A DNA stretch of 64,000 nucleotides from an uncultured Gemmatimonadales bacterium (GCA_963708135.1 OY970192.1:2912001-2976000); one strand, 5' to 3'; counted from the stretch's first letter, positions 40,532-51,854 are shown. Program-made: numbers and translations. The notes: generated by a model from the letters alone, not told the origin.

Positions 40532-41623
40532 ATGATGGAGAGCGGTACCACGGACATCTTGAGGCGCGCGGCGGCGTGGAGGGCGGAGGGGCGGCGGGTC
40601 GCGCTGGCCACGGTGGTGAAGACCTGGGGGTCGGCGCCCCGGCCGCCGGGAGGGCACATGGTCGTCTGCGGCACGGGCGAGTTCCTCGGGTCCGTTTCGG
40701 GTGGCTGCGTCGAGCCGGCGGTCATGGAGGAGGCGAAGGTGGTCATGGAGAGCGCGACGCCGCGCCTGGTCGAATACGGAGTCACGCACGAGGACGCCTG
40801 GGCGGTGGGGCTCGCCTGCGGCGGCCAGGTGCGGATCCACATCGAGCCGATCGGGCCCGGCGGGCTGCCGGACGGCATGCTCGACGAGCTGATCCGCGCG
40901 CGGGAGAGCGGCCATGCCGTCGTGATGGCCACCACGCTGCCGGGCGGCCCCCACGCCCTGCTCCGTTCCGGCGACGCAGGCGCGCCCGCGTCCGGCGGCC
41001 CCTCCGACACGCCGGCGCCGGACGCCGCCCGCGCCGTGCTCCCCACGCCGCTCTCCGCGCTCCCGCCCGACGCCGTCCGCGTCGCCCTCCGCTCGGACCT
41101 GGCGCAGGTGCTCGAGATGCCGGCAGGCAACGTCTTCCTGCGCCCGCACAACCCGCCCGTGCGGGTGGTCATCATCGGCGCCGTGCACCTCGCGCAGGCG
41201 CTCATCCCGCTCGCGACGGCGGTCGGCTTCGAGACCATCGTGGTCGATCCGCGCGAGGCCTTCGCGGCCGACGACCGGTTCCCCGGCGTTCGCATCGTCC
41301 ACGCCTGGCCCGGCCCGGCGCTGCGCGAGCTGGCGCCCGACCACCGCACCGCCGTCGTCATCCTGACCCACGACGCCAAGCTCGACGACCCGGCCGCCAC
41401 CGAGGCGCTCGCGAGCGACGCCTTCTACGTCGGCGCGCTCGGCAGCCGCCGTACCCACACCGCCCGGCTCGACCGGTTGCGTGAGTCGGGCGTGGTCGAG
41501 GAGGCGCTGGAGCGGATCCACGCGCCGATCGGGCTCGACATCGGCGCCCGCACGCCGGGCGAGGTCGCGCTCGCCATCATGGCGGAGATCGTCGCGACGC
41601 TGCGCCAGGAGGGGGCAGCGTGA
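40532..41623 (+). CDS. xdhC: XdhC/CoxF molybdenum-cofactor chaperone
   Basis: WGSAPRPPG, GSVSGGCVE, GLACGG, LTHDAKLD, YVGALGSR, PIGLDIGARTP. Confidence 0.93.
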   Translation: MMESGTTDILRRAAAWRAEGRRVALATVVKTWGSAPRPPGGHMVVCGTGEFLGSVSGGCVEPAVMEEAKVVMESATPRLVEYGVTHEDAWAVGLACGGQVRIHIEPIGPGGLPDGMLDELIRARESGHAVVMATTLPGGPHALLRSGDAGAPASGGPSDTPAPDAARAVLPTPLSALPPDAVRVALRSDLAQVLEMPAGNVFLRPHNPPVRVVIIGAVHLAQALIPLATAVGFETIVVDPREAFAADDRFPGVRIVHAWPGPALRELAPDHRTAVVILTHDAKLDDPAATEALASDAFYVGALGSRRTHTARLDRLRESGVVEEALERIHAPIGLDIGARTPGEVALAIMAEIVATLRQEGAA

Positions 41624-41660
41624 CCGCGGCCTCCGCCGCGGTCGGCACCCGGTGCCGGGC

Positions 41661-42377
41661 GTGGTGATCCCTGCGGGGCACCCGGGCGCCGTGGCGAGGA
41701 CGGCGGGCGTCGTGCTCGCCGCGGGCTCCTCGCGCCGCACCGGCGGCGTCGAGAAGCTGGTCGTCCCCGTCGAGGGCCGGCCGATGGTCCGCCGCGTCGC
41801 CGAGACCGCGCTCGCCGCGGGACTCGACCCGGTGCTCGTCGTGGTCGGCGCGGACGCGCGTGCCGAGCCCGTCCGCCAGGCGCTCGGTGGGCTGCCCGTC
41901 GTGCTCGTCACCAACCGGGATCCCTCCCGCGGCCTCGCCTCCTCCCTCGCCCGCGGCGTGAGCGCCCTCCCCGCCAGCACCCGCGCCGCCGCCATCCTGC
42001 TCGGCGACATGCCCTGGGTCCAGGACGGGACCGTCCGCGCGCTCGTCGCCGCGCTGGAATCGGCTTCCCCCGCTGCGACCGCTGGCGACGAGGCCGCCGC
42101 GCGCCTTTCCGCGGCCGCCGCCACGCCCGCGCGCGCGCGGCCGCGCGTGGCATGCATCCCCGTGTACGAGGGGCGGCGGGGCAACCCGGTGGTCTGGGGC
42201 GCCGGCTTCTTCCCGGACATGGTCGCGCTCGAGGGCGACCGCGGCGCCCGCATCCTCACGGAGCTCCATCCCGCCCTCATCCGCGAGGTGCCTGTGGACG
42301 ATCCCGGCATCCTTCGCGACGTGGACACGGTCGAGGACCTCGAGCGGCTGCGCCGGGAGGCGCCATGGCCAACGTAA
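41661..42377 (+). CDS. mocA: Molybdenum cofactor cytidylyltransferase (MocA-like); start uncertain
   Basis: VLAAGSSRR..KL, LGDMPWV, GNPVVW, GDRGAR, DVDTVEDL. Confidence 0.85.
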   Translation: MVIPAGHPGAVARTAGVVLAAGSSRRTGGVEKLVVPVEGRPMVRRVAETALAAGLDPVLVVVGADARAEPVRQALGGLPVVLVTNRDPSRGLASSLARGVSALPASTRAAAILLGDMPWVQDGTVRALVAALESASPAATAGDEAAARLSAAAATPARARPRVACIPVYEGRRGNPVVWGAGFFPDMVALEGDRGARILTELHPALIREVPVDDPGILRDVDTVEDLERLRREAPWPT

Positions 42378-43063
42378 ACGTTTCCAGGACCGTCCCGGTG
42401 AACGCGCCCCCCGACACCGTATGGAGCTACATCGTCCGGCCGGAGCGAATCGTCGGCTGCCTCCCGGGCGCGACCCTCGTCTCGTCCTCCGAGGACGGAC
42501 GCCGCCACGAGGGCACGGTGAGCGTGGCGGTCGGACCGCTCGCCGTCGCCTACAAGGGAACGGCCGAGTTCGTCGAGGTGGATGACGCCGCGCGACGGCT
42601 GCGCGTGGAGGCCAAGGGGCGCGAGAAGACCGGCGCCGGAATGGTCTCCATGACCATGACGGCCGAGGTTGCGCCGCGGGATGGCGGCAGCGAGGTGCGG
42701 GTCGACGCCGCCGTGCAGCTCGCCGGCAGGATCGTCGCCTTCGGCCGCGGCATGGTGGACGCCGTCATGGAGGAGGTCCTCGACGAGTTCGCCACCTGCC
42801 TGTCGGCGAGGCTGGAGGGGGAGGTCCCGCAGGGCGGCGCGGCAGAAGACGGGGTGGCGGAAGGCGGGGAGGCAGAAGCCGGCGCGACGGCCGGATCGGT
42901 GGCAAGCCGAGCCGCGGGTCCGGCAAACAGCATCGCGGCGGGGGGCCCGGCGGGCGTGCCAGCGTCGCCGCCGCCGGCTCGCCCCGCAAAGCCCGTCGGC
43001 CTGGTCGGTCTGCTCCTGCGGGCGCTGCGCACCAGGCTCCGGCGCCTCTTCGGCGGACGGTGA
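42365..43063 (+). CDS. coxG: CoxG-like SRPBCC protein
   Basis: CLPGA, VGPLAVAYKG, LAGRIVAFGRG; Ala/Pro linker and amphipathic basic C-tail. Confidence 0.85.
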   Translation: MANVNVSRTVPVNAPPDTVWSYIVRPERIVGCLPGATLVSSSEDGRRHEGTVSVAVGPLAVAYKGTAEFVEVDDAARRLRVEAKGREKTGAGMVSMTMTAEVAPRDGGSEVRVDAAVQLAGRIVAFGRGMVDAVMEEVLDEFATCLSARLEGEVPQGGAAEDGVAEGGEAEAGATAGSVASRAAGPANSIAAGGPAGVPASPPPARPAKPVGLVGLLLRALRTRLRRLFGGR

Positions 43064-43434
43064 TGCCGACCGCCCGCAGGCCGCCCTGGTCCGTCCTCGC
43101 CGTCGGGGTGCTGTTCCTCGCGCTCGGCTGCTTCGACGCCTGGCTCGGGTTTGCGCCTCTCTTCCGCACCGCCGGACCCGGCGCCGCCGCCCGATTCGCC
43201 GGCGACGATGCGGTCGTCGTCGCCCTCGGCCTCGTGGCGCTGACCGGCGGCGCCTTCCTCCTTTACGGCCGCAACTGGGCGCGCTGGCTGCTCGCGGCGT
43301 GGATGGCGTTTCACGTCGCCAACAGCGTCGGGGACCGCCCCAAGCTGGCCGTACATGCAGTGATCTTCGGCATCATCCTCCTCCTGCTCTTCCGCCCGGG
43401 CGTCGGTGCCTGGTTCAGGCCGCAGGTGGAATAG
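43060..43434 (+). CDS. Hypothetical small membrane protein
   Basis: About four hydrophobic segments; GRNWARW motif; overlaps coxG stop. Confidence 0.65.
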   Translation: MMPTARRPPWSVLAVGVLFLALGCFDAWLGFAPLFRTAGPGAAARFAGDDAVVVALGLVALTGGAFLLYGRNWARWLLAAWMAFHVANSVGDRPKLAVHAVIFGIILLLLFRPGVGAWFRPQVE

Positions 43435-43601
43435 GGAGGCGTGCGGCGGCCGCGCGTCGGGAAAATGCTGCACGCATGCAGCCTTGCCGGGACGAGAGCG
43501 GGATTTGCCGGAATTATTCGGTCGAGGGCAGCACGCATCCCGAGCCGCTCTCACGCGTGCTGCCCCGCACTCTCCCACTCTGACGCCAGCACCGCGAACG
43601 C

Positions 43602-44840
43602 CTACCACCCGCCCGCCGCCTCCACCAGCTGCGCCACGCTCGCCAGGTCGTGCACCGGCCGCATCTCGTCAACCTCGCCGATGAGCGCGCGCACGCCGGC
43701 GGCCTTCGGCTCGAAGCCGTCGTAGCGGAGCAGCGGGTTCAGCCAGAGAAGCCGACGGCACGAGCGACGCAGCCGCGCCGCCTCCCGCGCGATGCCCTGT
43801 GCGCCCTCGCGGTCCAGTCCATCCGTGATCAGCAGCACGACCGCGCCTCGCCCCAGCACCCGCCGCGACCACCGACGGTTGAAGATCGCCAGGCTCGCGC
43901 CGATGCGGGTGCCGCCGGACCAGTCGCTCGCCGCCCTGCCGATCTCGGCCATGGCGGCGTCCACGTCCCGGTGCCGGAGTTGCCGCGTCGCGTTGGTCAC
44001 CCGCGTGCCGAAGAGGAACGTGTGCACCTGCCCGCCGCCCGCGGCCGTGAGCGCGTGGGCGAAGTGCAGCAGCACGCGCGCGTAGCGCTCCATGGAGCCG
44101 GAGATGTCGAGCAGCAGCACGATGTCCAGCGGCCGGCTGCCGCGGCGGCTTCGCTCCAGCGGGATGGCGCCGTGGCCGGACCGGAGCGACGCCCGGAGCG
44201 TCCGCCTGAGGTCCACCCGCTCGCCGTGCGGCCACGCCTGCCAGCGCCGTGTCCGGCGACGCGGCAGCGCCGGCGCCAGCGCGCGCACCGCCCGCTCCGC
44301 GGCCGCCAGCTCCGCGGCGCTCATCTGCTCGAAGTCGCGCGTGCGGGAGACCTCGCGGTCCGACCAGGCCAGGATGCGGTCGACGGGGGGGCGGGTGCGC
44401 GGGGGCGCGGCGGGCCGGCGCTGCCGCAGCGCATCGTCCGCGCCGAGCCGGCGCTCGCCCGGCCGCGGCGCGGGCGGCCGCGCGACGCGCGCCGCGGCCT
44501 CGGCGAGGAGGGCGGCGAGGTCCAACCCGCCGGCGGAGGGGGCCTGCCAGAAGAGGTCGAAGGCGGTGGCGAAGACCTCGTGCTCCTCATGCCTCGTGAC
44601 CAGCACGGCGTGGAGCGCCCAGAAGCAGTCGTCGCGGCGCGCGAGGCCGACCGCTTCCAGCGCGCGCGTCGCGTCGATCGCGGCGCCGGAACCGCAGCGA
44701 AGCCCCGCCTGGCGGAGCAGCCGGACGAAGCGAGTGAGATTGAAGAGGAGGGCGCCGGGCGCGCGGCCGCGCGGGATGGCCGCGGAATCGCCCCGTGGCG
44801 GCGACGCGGGCGCGTCGCCTGGCGGATCTGTTTCCGTCAT
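43602..44840 (-). CDS. coxE: CoxE-like VWA-domain protein
   Basis: MIDAS DISGSM, DWSGGTRIG, ITDGLDR, WLNPLLRYDGFEP. Confidence 0.92.
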   Translation of the reverse strand: MTETDPPGDAPASPPRGDSAAIPRGRAPGALLFNLTRFVRLLRQAGLRCGSGAAIDATRALEAVGLARRDDCFWALHAVLVTRHEEHEVFATAFDLFWQAPSAGGLDLAALLAEAAARVARPPAPRPGERRLGADDALRQRRPAAPPRTRPPVDRILAWSDREVSRTRDFEQMSAAELAAAERAVRALAPALPRRRTRRWQAWPHGERVDLRRTLRASLRSGHGAIPLERSRRGSRPLDIVLLLDISGSMERYARVLLHFAHALTAAGGGQVHTFLFGTRVTNATRQLRHRDVDAAMAEIGRAASDWSGGTRIGASLAIFNRRWSRRVLGRGAVVLLITDGLDREGAQGIAREAARLRRSCRRLLWLNPLLRYDGFEPKAAGVRALIGEVDEMRPVHDLASVAQLVEAAGGW

Positions 44841-45760
44841 CCGGCGGTGACCGTGTCCACGTCCCGCTCGGCCTCGCGCAGCAGCCGGGCGCCGGCCTCG
44901 CCGCGGACGCGCTCGACGTCGTCCTGGTACTTGAGCAGCACGCCCAGCGTGGCGTCCACGGTGGCGGGATCGAGCGCGGAATGGTCGAGCGCCATGAGCG
45001 CGCGCACCCAGTCGAGGGACTCGGCCACGCCGGGCGGCTTGAAGAGCTCCTCGCGCCGCAGCCGCTGCACGAAGGCGACGACCTCGCGCGATAGCCGCTC
45101 CTCCGCGCCGGGCAGACGCGCCCGCAGGATCTCCAGCTCCCGCGCCGCGTCCGGGTAGTCGATCCACTGGTAGATGCAGCGTCGCTTGAGCGCGTCATGG
45201 ATCTCGCGCGTGCGGTTCGACGTGATCACGACGATGGGCGGCTCGGCGGCCGTGATGGTGCCGATCTCGGGGATCGTGATCTGGAAGTCGGAGAGCACCT
45301 CGAGCAGGAAGGCCTCGAACGGCTCGTCGGCGCGGTCGAGCTCGTCAATGAGCAGCACGGGCGGCCCTTCGGGATGCGGCTCGAGCGCCTCGAGCAGCGG
45401 GCGGCGGATGAGGAAGCGGGCGTGGAACAGGTCGGCGGCCAGGTCCTCCGGATCCGCATTGCCGGCCGCCTCGGCGATCCTGATCTCGACCATCTGGCGC
45501 GTGTAGTTCCACTCGTAGACGGCCGAGGCGATGTCCAGCCCCTCGTAGCACTGCAGCCGGATGAGGCGTCGCCCGAGCCTGGCCGCGAGCACCCGCGCCA
45601 CCTCCGTCTTGCCCACACCGGCCTCGCCCTCCAGGAACAGCGGACGCTTCAGCGCGAACGAGAGGTAGAGCGATGTGGCGAGCCCCCGGTCGGCGACGTA
45701 CGCGCCGCCGGCCAGGAGTTCGAGCGTCTCGTCGACCGAGGTCGGCGCGCCTACTGGCAT
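44837..45760 (-). CDS. coxD: CoxD-like MoxR AAA+ ATPase
   Basis: GEAGVGKT, RLQCYEG, LLIDELDRAD, TSNRTREIHDALKRRC. Confidence 0.93.
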   Translation of the reverse strand: MPVGAPTSVDETLELLAGGAYVADRGLATSLYLSFALKRPLFLEGEAGVGKTEVARVLAARLGRRLIRLQCYEGLDIASAVYEWNYTRQMVEIRIAEAAGNADPEDLAADLFHARFLIRRPLLEALEPHPEGPPVLLIDELDRADEPFEAFLLEVLSDFQITIPEIGTITAAEPPIVVITSNRTREIHDALKRRCIYQWIDYPDAARELEILRARLPGAEERLSREVVAFVQRLRREELFKPPGVAESLDWVRALMALDHSALDPATVDATLGVLLKYQDDVERVRGEAGARLLREAERDVDTVTAG

Positions 45761-46545
45761 GCGGCGACGGCGCGCCGCGCCATCACGCCGACCAGGTGCG
45801 CCCGGTACTCGGCGCTCGCCTCCAGGTCGGAGTTGAGGCCCTGCGCGCTCTGCACGATGCCGTCCAGCGACTCCGGCGCGAAGTTGCCCTCCAGCGCGCC
45901 CTCCATCTCGGCCTGGCGGAACACCGAGCGGCCGGCGCCGGTGACCGCGACGCGCACGCCGTCCGCGCCGCGCGCCACCATGACCCCGACCAGCGCAAAC
46001 TTCGACGCGGGGCTCGCGAACTTGGCGTACGCCGCGCATTCGGGGATCGGGAAGCGAACGGAGACGACGACCTCGTCGCCTTCCAGCGCGGTGGTGAAGA
46101 GCCCGCGGAAGAAGTCGTCGGCGGGGATCTCGCGCCGGTCCGTCACCACCGTGGCGCCGAGGGCCACCAGGGCCGCGGGGTAGTCGGCCGCCGGGTCCGC
46201 GTGGGCGATGGAGCCGCCCAACGTGCCGCGGTTGCGGACCTGCGCGTCGCCGATGCCCTCGGCCATGGCCGCGAGCGCGGGGATGGCCTTGCGCACCTCC
46301 GGCGACGCGGCGACCTCCGCGTGCGTGGCCATGGCGCCGATCTCGACGTGGAGGTTGGCGGCGCGGATGCCGCGCAGCTCGGCCACATCGCGCAGCGAGA
46401 CCAGGCCGGCCGGTGCCGCCAGGTCCTGCTTCATGGCGGGGATCAGGCTCTGGCCGCCCGCCAGCAGCTTGGCGCCCTCGGCGCCGCGAAGGAAGGCGAG
46501 CACCTCGTTCAGCGACACCGGTCGCTCGTAATGAAAGCTCTGCAT
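45751..46545 (-). CDS. coxM: Molybdo-hydroxylase FAD-binding medium subunit
   Basis: LAGGQSLIP, IGDAQVRNRGTLGGS, ADPAADYP, ASAEYRAHL. Confidence 0.93.
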   Translation of the reverse strand: MQSFHYERPVSLNEVLAFLRGAEGAKLLAGGQSLIPAMKQDLAAPAGLVSLRDVAELRGIRAANLHVEIGAMATHAEVAASPEVRKAIPALAAMAEGIGDAQVRNRGTLGGSIAHADPAADYPAALVALGATVVTDRREIPADDFFRGLFTTALEGDEVVVSVRFPIPECAAYAKFASPASKFALVGVMVARGADGVRVAVTGAGRSVFRQAEMEGALEGNFAPESLDGIVQSAQGLNSDLEASAEYRAHLVGVMARRAVAACQ

Positions 46546-46556
46546 CGTGATCTCCT

Positions 46557-48928
46557 CTATGAGCCCGCCGGGGCCGGTGTGGAGGCCGAGTGGATGAGGC
46601 GCCAGATCTTCTCCGAGGTGGCGGGCATCTCGACGTGGCGCACGCCCAGATGGGCGAGTGCGTCCACCACGGCGTTGATAACCGCGGGCGGCACGCCGAT
46701 TGCCCCGACCTCACCGATCCCCTTGACGCCCAACGGGTTATGCGTGCACGGCGTGACCGTGCCACCGAGCTTGAACTCGGGGAAGTCCGTCGCGCGCGGC
46801 ATCGCGTAGTTCATGTAGGAGCCGGTCACGAGCTGCCCGCTCTCGTCATAGATGCCGTGCTCGAGCAGCGCCTGCCCGATGCCCTGCGCCAGCCCGCCGT
46901 GCATCTGGCCCTCGACGATCATCGGGTTGACCACCACCCCGACGTCATCCGCGCAGGCGACGCCGACCAGCTCCACGACGCCGGTCTCCGGATCGATCTC
47001 GACCTCCGCCACGTGCGCGCCCGCCGGGTAGGTGAAGTTCGGCGGGTCGTAGAAGGCCGTCTCGTGGAGGCCGGGCTCGAGGCCTTCCGGATAGTTGTGC
47101 GGCACGTACGCCGTGAGCGCGACCTCGCCCAGCGACTTCGTGCGGTCCGTGCCCGCCACGCGGAAGGTGCCGTGCTCGTACTCGATGTCGTCCACCGACG
47201 CCTCGAGCATGTGCGCGGCGATCTTCTTCCCCTTCTCGATCACCTTCTGCATGGCCTTGTAGATGGCGCTGCCGCCGACCGCGAGCGAGCGCGAGCCGTA
47301 GGTGCCCATGCCGAAGGGACCGCGGTCGGAGTCGCCGTGGACCACCTCGACCTGGTCTATCGGCACGCCGAGCTGGTCCGAGACGAGCTGCGCGAACGTG
47401 GTCTCGTGCCCCTGGCCATGGCTGTGGCTGGCGGTGAACACCGTGACGGAGCCGGTCGGGTTCACGCGCACCTCGGCCGACTCGTAGAGCCCCGCCCGCG
47501 CGCCCAGCGCGCCGGCCAGGGCGGACGGCGCGAGGCCGCACGCCTCGATGAAGGTGGAGAGGCCGATGCCGCGCAGCTTGCCGCGCTGCTTCGCCTCCGC
47601 CCGGCGCGCCTCGAAGCCGGCGTAGTCGGCGAGCTCGAGGGCCAGGTCGAGGGTGGCGTGGTAGTCGCCGGTGTCGTACGCGACTGCCACCGGCGTCTGG
47701 TAGGGGAACTCGGTGATGAAGTTCTTGCGCCGGATCTCGACCGGGCTCATGCCGAGCTCCCGGGCCGCCATGTCCACCAGCCGCTCGATGATGAACGCCG
47801 TCTCCGGCCGGCCGGCGCCGCGGTACGCGTCCACCGGCGCGGTGTTGGTGAAGACGCCGCGCAGGTTCAGGTAGATCGCCGGCGTCGTGTAGCAGCCGGC
47901 GAACAGCGGGCCGTGCAGGTAGGTCGGAATCACCGAGCCGAAGGTCGAGAGGTAGGCGCCCAGGTTCGCGCTGGTGTCCACCCGCAAGGCGACGAACCTT
48001 CCGTCCGCATCCAGGCCCAGCTCCGCGTGCGTCACGTGATCCCGCCCGTGCGCGTCCGCCTGGAACGACTCCGTCCGCCGGGCCGTCCACTTCACGGGGC
48101 GCCCCAGCTTCCGCGCCGCCCACGTCACGGCGATCTCCTCCGGGTAGAGCGGGATCTTGGAGCCGAAGCCGCCGCCCATGTCCGGCGAGATCACGCGCAC
48201 CTTGCTCTCCGGCAGCCCGAACACGAACGCGGCCACGAGCAGCCGGGCGAGGTGCGGGTTCTGGCTCGTGACGTAGAGCGTCGTCTGGTCGGAGGCGGAG
48301 TCGTACTCCGCCAGCGCGGCGCGCGGCTCGATGGCGTTCGGGATCATGCGCTGGTTGACGAGGTCGATGGTCACTACTTTCGCGGCCTTCGCCATGGCCG
48401 CGTCAGTGGCCGCGCGGTCCCCGATCTCCCAGTCGAAGCAGAGGTTGCCCGCCGCGGCGTCGTGCACGAGCGGCGCGCCCGGGGCCTGCGCCGAGCGGAC
48501 ATCCGCCACCACCGGCAGGTCCTCGTAGTCCACCTCGACCAGCTGCGCCGCCGCGGCCGCGTTCGCCTTCGTGTCCGCGATCACCATGGCGACGGCGTCG
48601 CCCACGTAGCGCGCGCGGTCCGCCGCGAGCGCCGCGTGCGGAGGCTCCACCATCGGCGAGCCGTCCCGGCTGTGGATCAGCCAGCCGCACGGCAGCCCGC
48701 CCACCTTGTCGGCGGCGAGGTCCGCGCCCGTGAGAACCGCGACCACGCCCGGCGCCGCGGCCGCGGCCTCCGCCTCGATCGAGGCAATGCGCGCGTGCGC
48801 GAGCGGCGAGCGGACGAAATGCGCGTAAAGCTGCCCCGGCCGGACAATGTCATCCGTGTAGCGGCCGCGGCCGGTGAGGAACCGGGCGTCTTCCTTGCGC
48901 CGCACGGAGGCGCCAATGCCAGTGTCGC

Positions 48929-48932
<4 letters not shown>
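46557..48932 (-). CDS. coxL: Form II CoxL-like molybdopterin large subunit (not a form I CO dehydrogenase)
   Basis: GGGFGSK, active-site loop AYRGAGR, GQGHETT, GTYGSRS, KGIGE; S-L-M gene order. Confidence 0.93.
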
Positions 48933-49402
<470 letters not shown>

Positions 49403-49574
49403 GACTGCAGCTCCGGAGAGAGAGGGACGGAGAGTCCTTTTTGGCGCGCAGCGCCGCGCTGCCCTGGGGACTTGGTCCAACGGTGGAGTTTAGGGGGGCG
49501 GTGAGTCAAGGACAATCCTCAGGGGTCGGAGCCTCCTCGGTCCGCCGAGGGGGGGAGGCGCAACGGCGACGACC

Positions 49575-50189
49575 GCACTGTGGACTGCGGCACTACCGAC
49601 GACGGCACGGATAACGGCGGCACTACCGACGGCGGCACTACGACCGACGACCGCCCTGCCGACCGCGGCACTACGGACTGCGGCACTACGGACTGCGGCA
49701 CTACCCACGACGGCACTACCGACTACGGCACGCGACCGACGACCGCCCTGCCGACTGCGGCACTGCCGACAACGGCACGGACAACGGCGGCACTACCGAC
49801 TGCGGCACTGCGGACGACGGCACTGCGGACAACGGCGGCACTACCGCCTACGGCACTGCGGACGACGGCACTACGGACTACGGCGGCACTACCGACTACG
49901 GCACTGCGGACGACGGCACTACGGACGACGGCACTGCGGACGACGGCACTGCGGACTACGGCGGACGCGGCACTGCCGGCTGCGGCCGATCGAACGCCGC
50001 CGTCATTTCCGACGTTCGTCGTGCCGTAGTTCGGTCGTGCCGGTGCCAGTGGTGCCGCAGTCCAGTCGTGCCGCAGTCGGTCGTGCCGCGGTCATGCCGC
50101 AGTCGGTCGTGCCGCAGTCGGTCGTGCCGCAGTCGGTCGTGCCGCAGTCGGTCGTGCCGCAGTCGGTCGTGCCGCAGTCGGCAGTTGCC
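49575..50189. repeat. Compound degenerate 15-bp array with two oppositely oriented arms
   Basis: Left arm (GAC[T/G]RCGGCACTRC-type units, about 49580-49985) and right arm (GCCGCAGTCGGTCGT units, about 50015-50180). Confidence 0.9.
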
Positions 50190-50392
50190 AGGGGTTCGCG
50201 CCCTCCCGGGAACCCTCCGGCTCCCTCACTCCATTTCCGACCTCGTAGAGGCCGGCAGTCCTCGGGAAAAGGGGACTGGCCGAACAGACGCCCGCGGTGA
50301 AATCCATCCGCCGGCGGGACCCCGCCGGAAGCGCCGGCCTCGGAATTTTCGGCCGTGCCGGGCGGGGAGACGCCGATACCCGGGAGGAACCA

Positions 50393-50773
50393 ATGAACGC
50401 AGCACGACCCACCATCCAGTGGCTCGCCATCGCGCTGGCCGGTCTCGCACTCGGCGCCTGCCAGGACGCGAGCCCGACGACCCCGCAGGCCGCGATCGCG
50501 CCCAGCTTCGACAGGGGCGGAACGCAGGACCACTTCAACGACAAGTTCACCTTCACCGGCGAGACCGTCACGGACGCGGACGGCACGACCGTCGAGAACG
50601 TTACGATCCAGGCCGGGAGCAAGGCCTCGAACAACGGCGACGACACGACCTGCAGCTACTTCACGGCCGGTGACGCGTATCTGGGCCAGTTCCGGAGCCT
50701 GTCGTTCGCCTCGGACGATGCCGCCACCGTCGAGCAGTTCTGCATCGACAACTTCGCCGATCGAACGACCTGA
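50393..50773 (+). CDS. Hypothetical small lipoprotein
   Basis: GGAGG RBS, lipobox LGAC, two further Cys that may form a disulfide. Confidence 0.7.
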   Translation: MNAARPTIQWLAIALAGLALGACQDASPTTPQAAIAPSFDRGGTQDHFNDKFTFTGETVTDADGTTVENVTIQAGSKASNNGDDTTCSYFTAGDAYLGQFRSLSFASDDAATVEQFCIDNFADRTT

Positions 50774-51006
50774 GCCCATCGCGGGGCGGGGCGACGCCGG
50801 GTGTCCGCACCGCGCCCGGCGCGCCGCCGACCCCGCGTCGCCATGAGGCCGCTTCGTGCGCGGGCACCGCTGCCCCGCCCGCGGGCGGCCGCTTCGCGCT
50901 CCTGCGATGCGGGTTGTGGGGCGCGGGACGCGGGAACGACTCGCGGGGAGGGCGGACGGGCGCGCGCCCCGATCCCCCATCCCGCGCGCCGCATCCCGCA
51001 TCCGCC

Positions 51007-51498
51007 TCAGCCGATCCCCGCCAGCAGCCGGTCCAGCGCCGCATAGCTCTCGTCCATGCCCTGCTTCATGCCGGAGCTCAGCATGCCGTCGCGCTCCTCC
51101 GGCGTGTGGAACAGCGAGACGGTAACCACCTTCGTGCGCCCGTCGCCCAGGTCCTCGAACGTGGCCGTGGTCACCGCCACGTGGCCCGGCATGCCGTCCC
51201 ACTCGAACGTCTGCACCAGCCGCTCGGGCGGGGTGACCTCCCGGTAGCGACCCTCGAACCCGTGCGCCTCACCGCCGGCGTGCTCCACGTAGCGCCAGTG
51301 ACCGCCGCGCTCCACCTCCATACGCTCGATCTCCACCGGATTGCCGCGCCCCCACCACTGCGCCACGAGCTTCGCCTCCGTGTACGCCCGCCAGACCCGG
51401 TCGCGCGGCGCATCGAAGATCCGTTCGACTCGGATCTCCCGGTCCGTGGGCGTCGTGAGGGTCGACTCGTTCGCGGCTGCCTTCGCGGGCGTGCTCAT
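51007..51498 (-). CDS. SRPBCC/AHSA1-family ligand-binding protein
   Basis: DREIRVERIFDAPRDRVWRA, GGHWRY, PPERLVQTFEW, GMDESYAALD. Confidence 0.92.
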   Translation of the reverse strand: MSTPAKAAANESTLTTPTDREIRVERIFDAPRDRVWRAYTEAKLVAQWWGRGNPVEIERMEVERGGHWRYVEHAGGEAHGFEGRYREVTPPERLVQTFEWDGMPGHVAVTTATFEDLGDGRTKVVTVSLFHTPEERDGMLSSGMKQGMDESYAALDRLLAGIG

Positions 51499-51854
51499 GT
51501 GGATTCTCCTTTCGTGCGCTCAAGGAATGCCCCGAGACTGTCGAGGCGGGATTCCAGCATCTGCCGATAGCTCTCCATCCAGGCCGTCTCCGCCTCGAGC
51601 CGCCGGGGCCCCAGGCGACAGCGTCGCACCCGCCCGACCTTCTCCGTCGCCACCAGCCCCGCGTCCTCCAGCACCCGCACGTGTTTCCTGACGCCGGTCA
51701 GCGTCATGGCGAAGCCGTCGGCCAGCTCGCTTATCGAGGCCTCGCCCTCGCCGAGTCGCTCGAGGATGCCGCGGCGCGTCGGATCGGCGAGGGCGCCGAA
51801 GGCGGAGTCGAGGGCGCCGAAGGCGGAGTCGAGGGCGCCGTAATGCTGAACCAT
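51495..51854 (-). CDS. ArsR-family regulator paired with SRPBCC gene; contains an in-frame 21-bp duplication
   Basis: ALADPTRRGIL, KHVRVLEDAGLV, KVGRVRRC; GALDSAF repeated twice. Confidence 0.9.
   Translation of the reverse strand: MVQHYGALDSAFGALDSAFGALADPTRRGILERLGEGEASISELADGFAMTLTGVRKHVRVLEDAGLVATEKVGRVRRCRLGPRRLEAETAWMESYRQMLESRLDSLGAFLERTKGEST

Noticed and set aside
38462..42508. Very long antisense or off-frame ORFs (also 7769-10861, 14734-18117, 26811-29975, 34513-37884, 29982-31148)
   Set aside because: Shadow ORFs expected at very high GC; Arg/Ala/Gly-rich, motif-free and overlapping well-supported genes.
49580..50300. Repeat proteins (TTALR)n or (PQSVV)n encoded by the 15-bp arrays
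   Set aside because: The arrays occur in both orientations, are open in several frames and lack RBS/start context; the repeat is better explained at DNA level.
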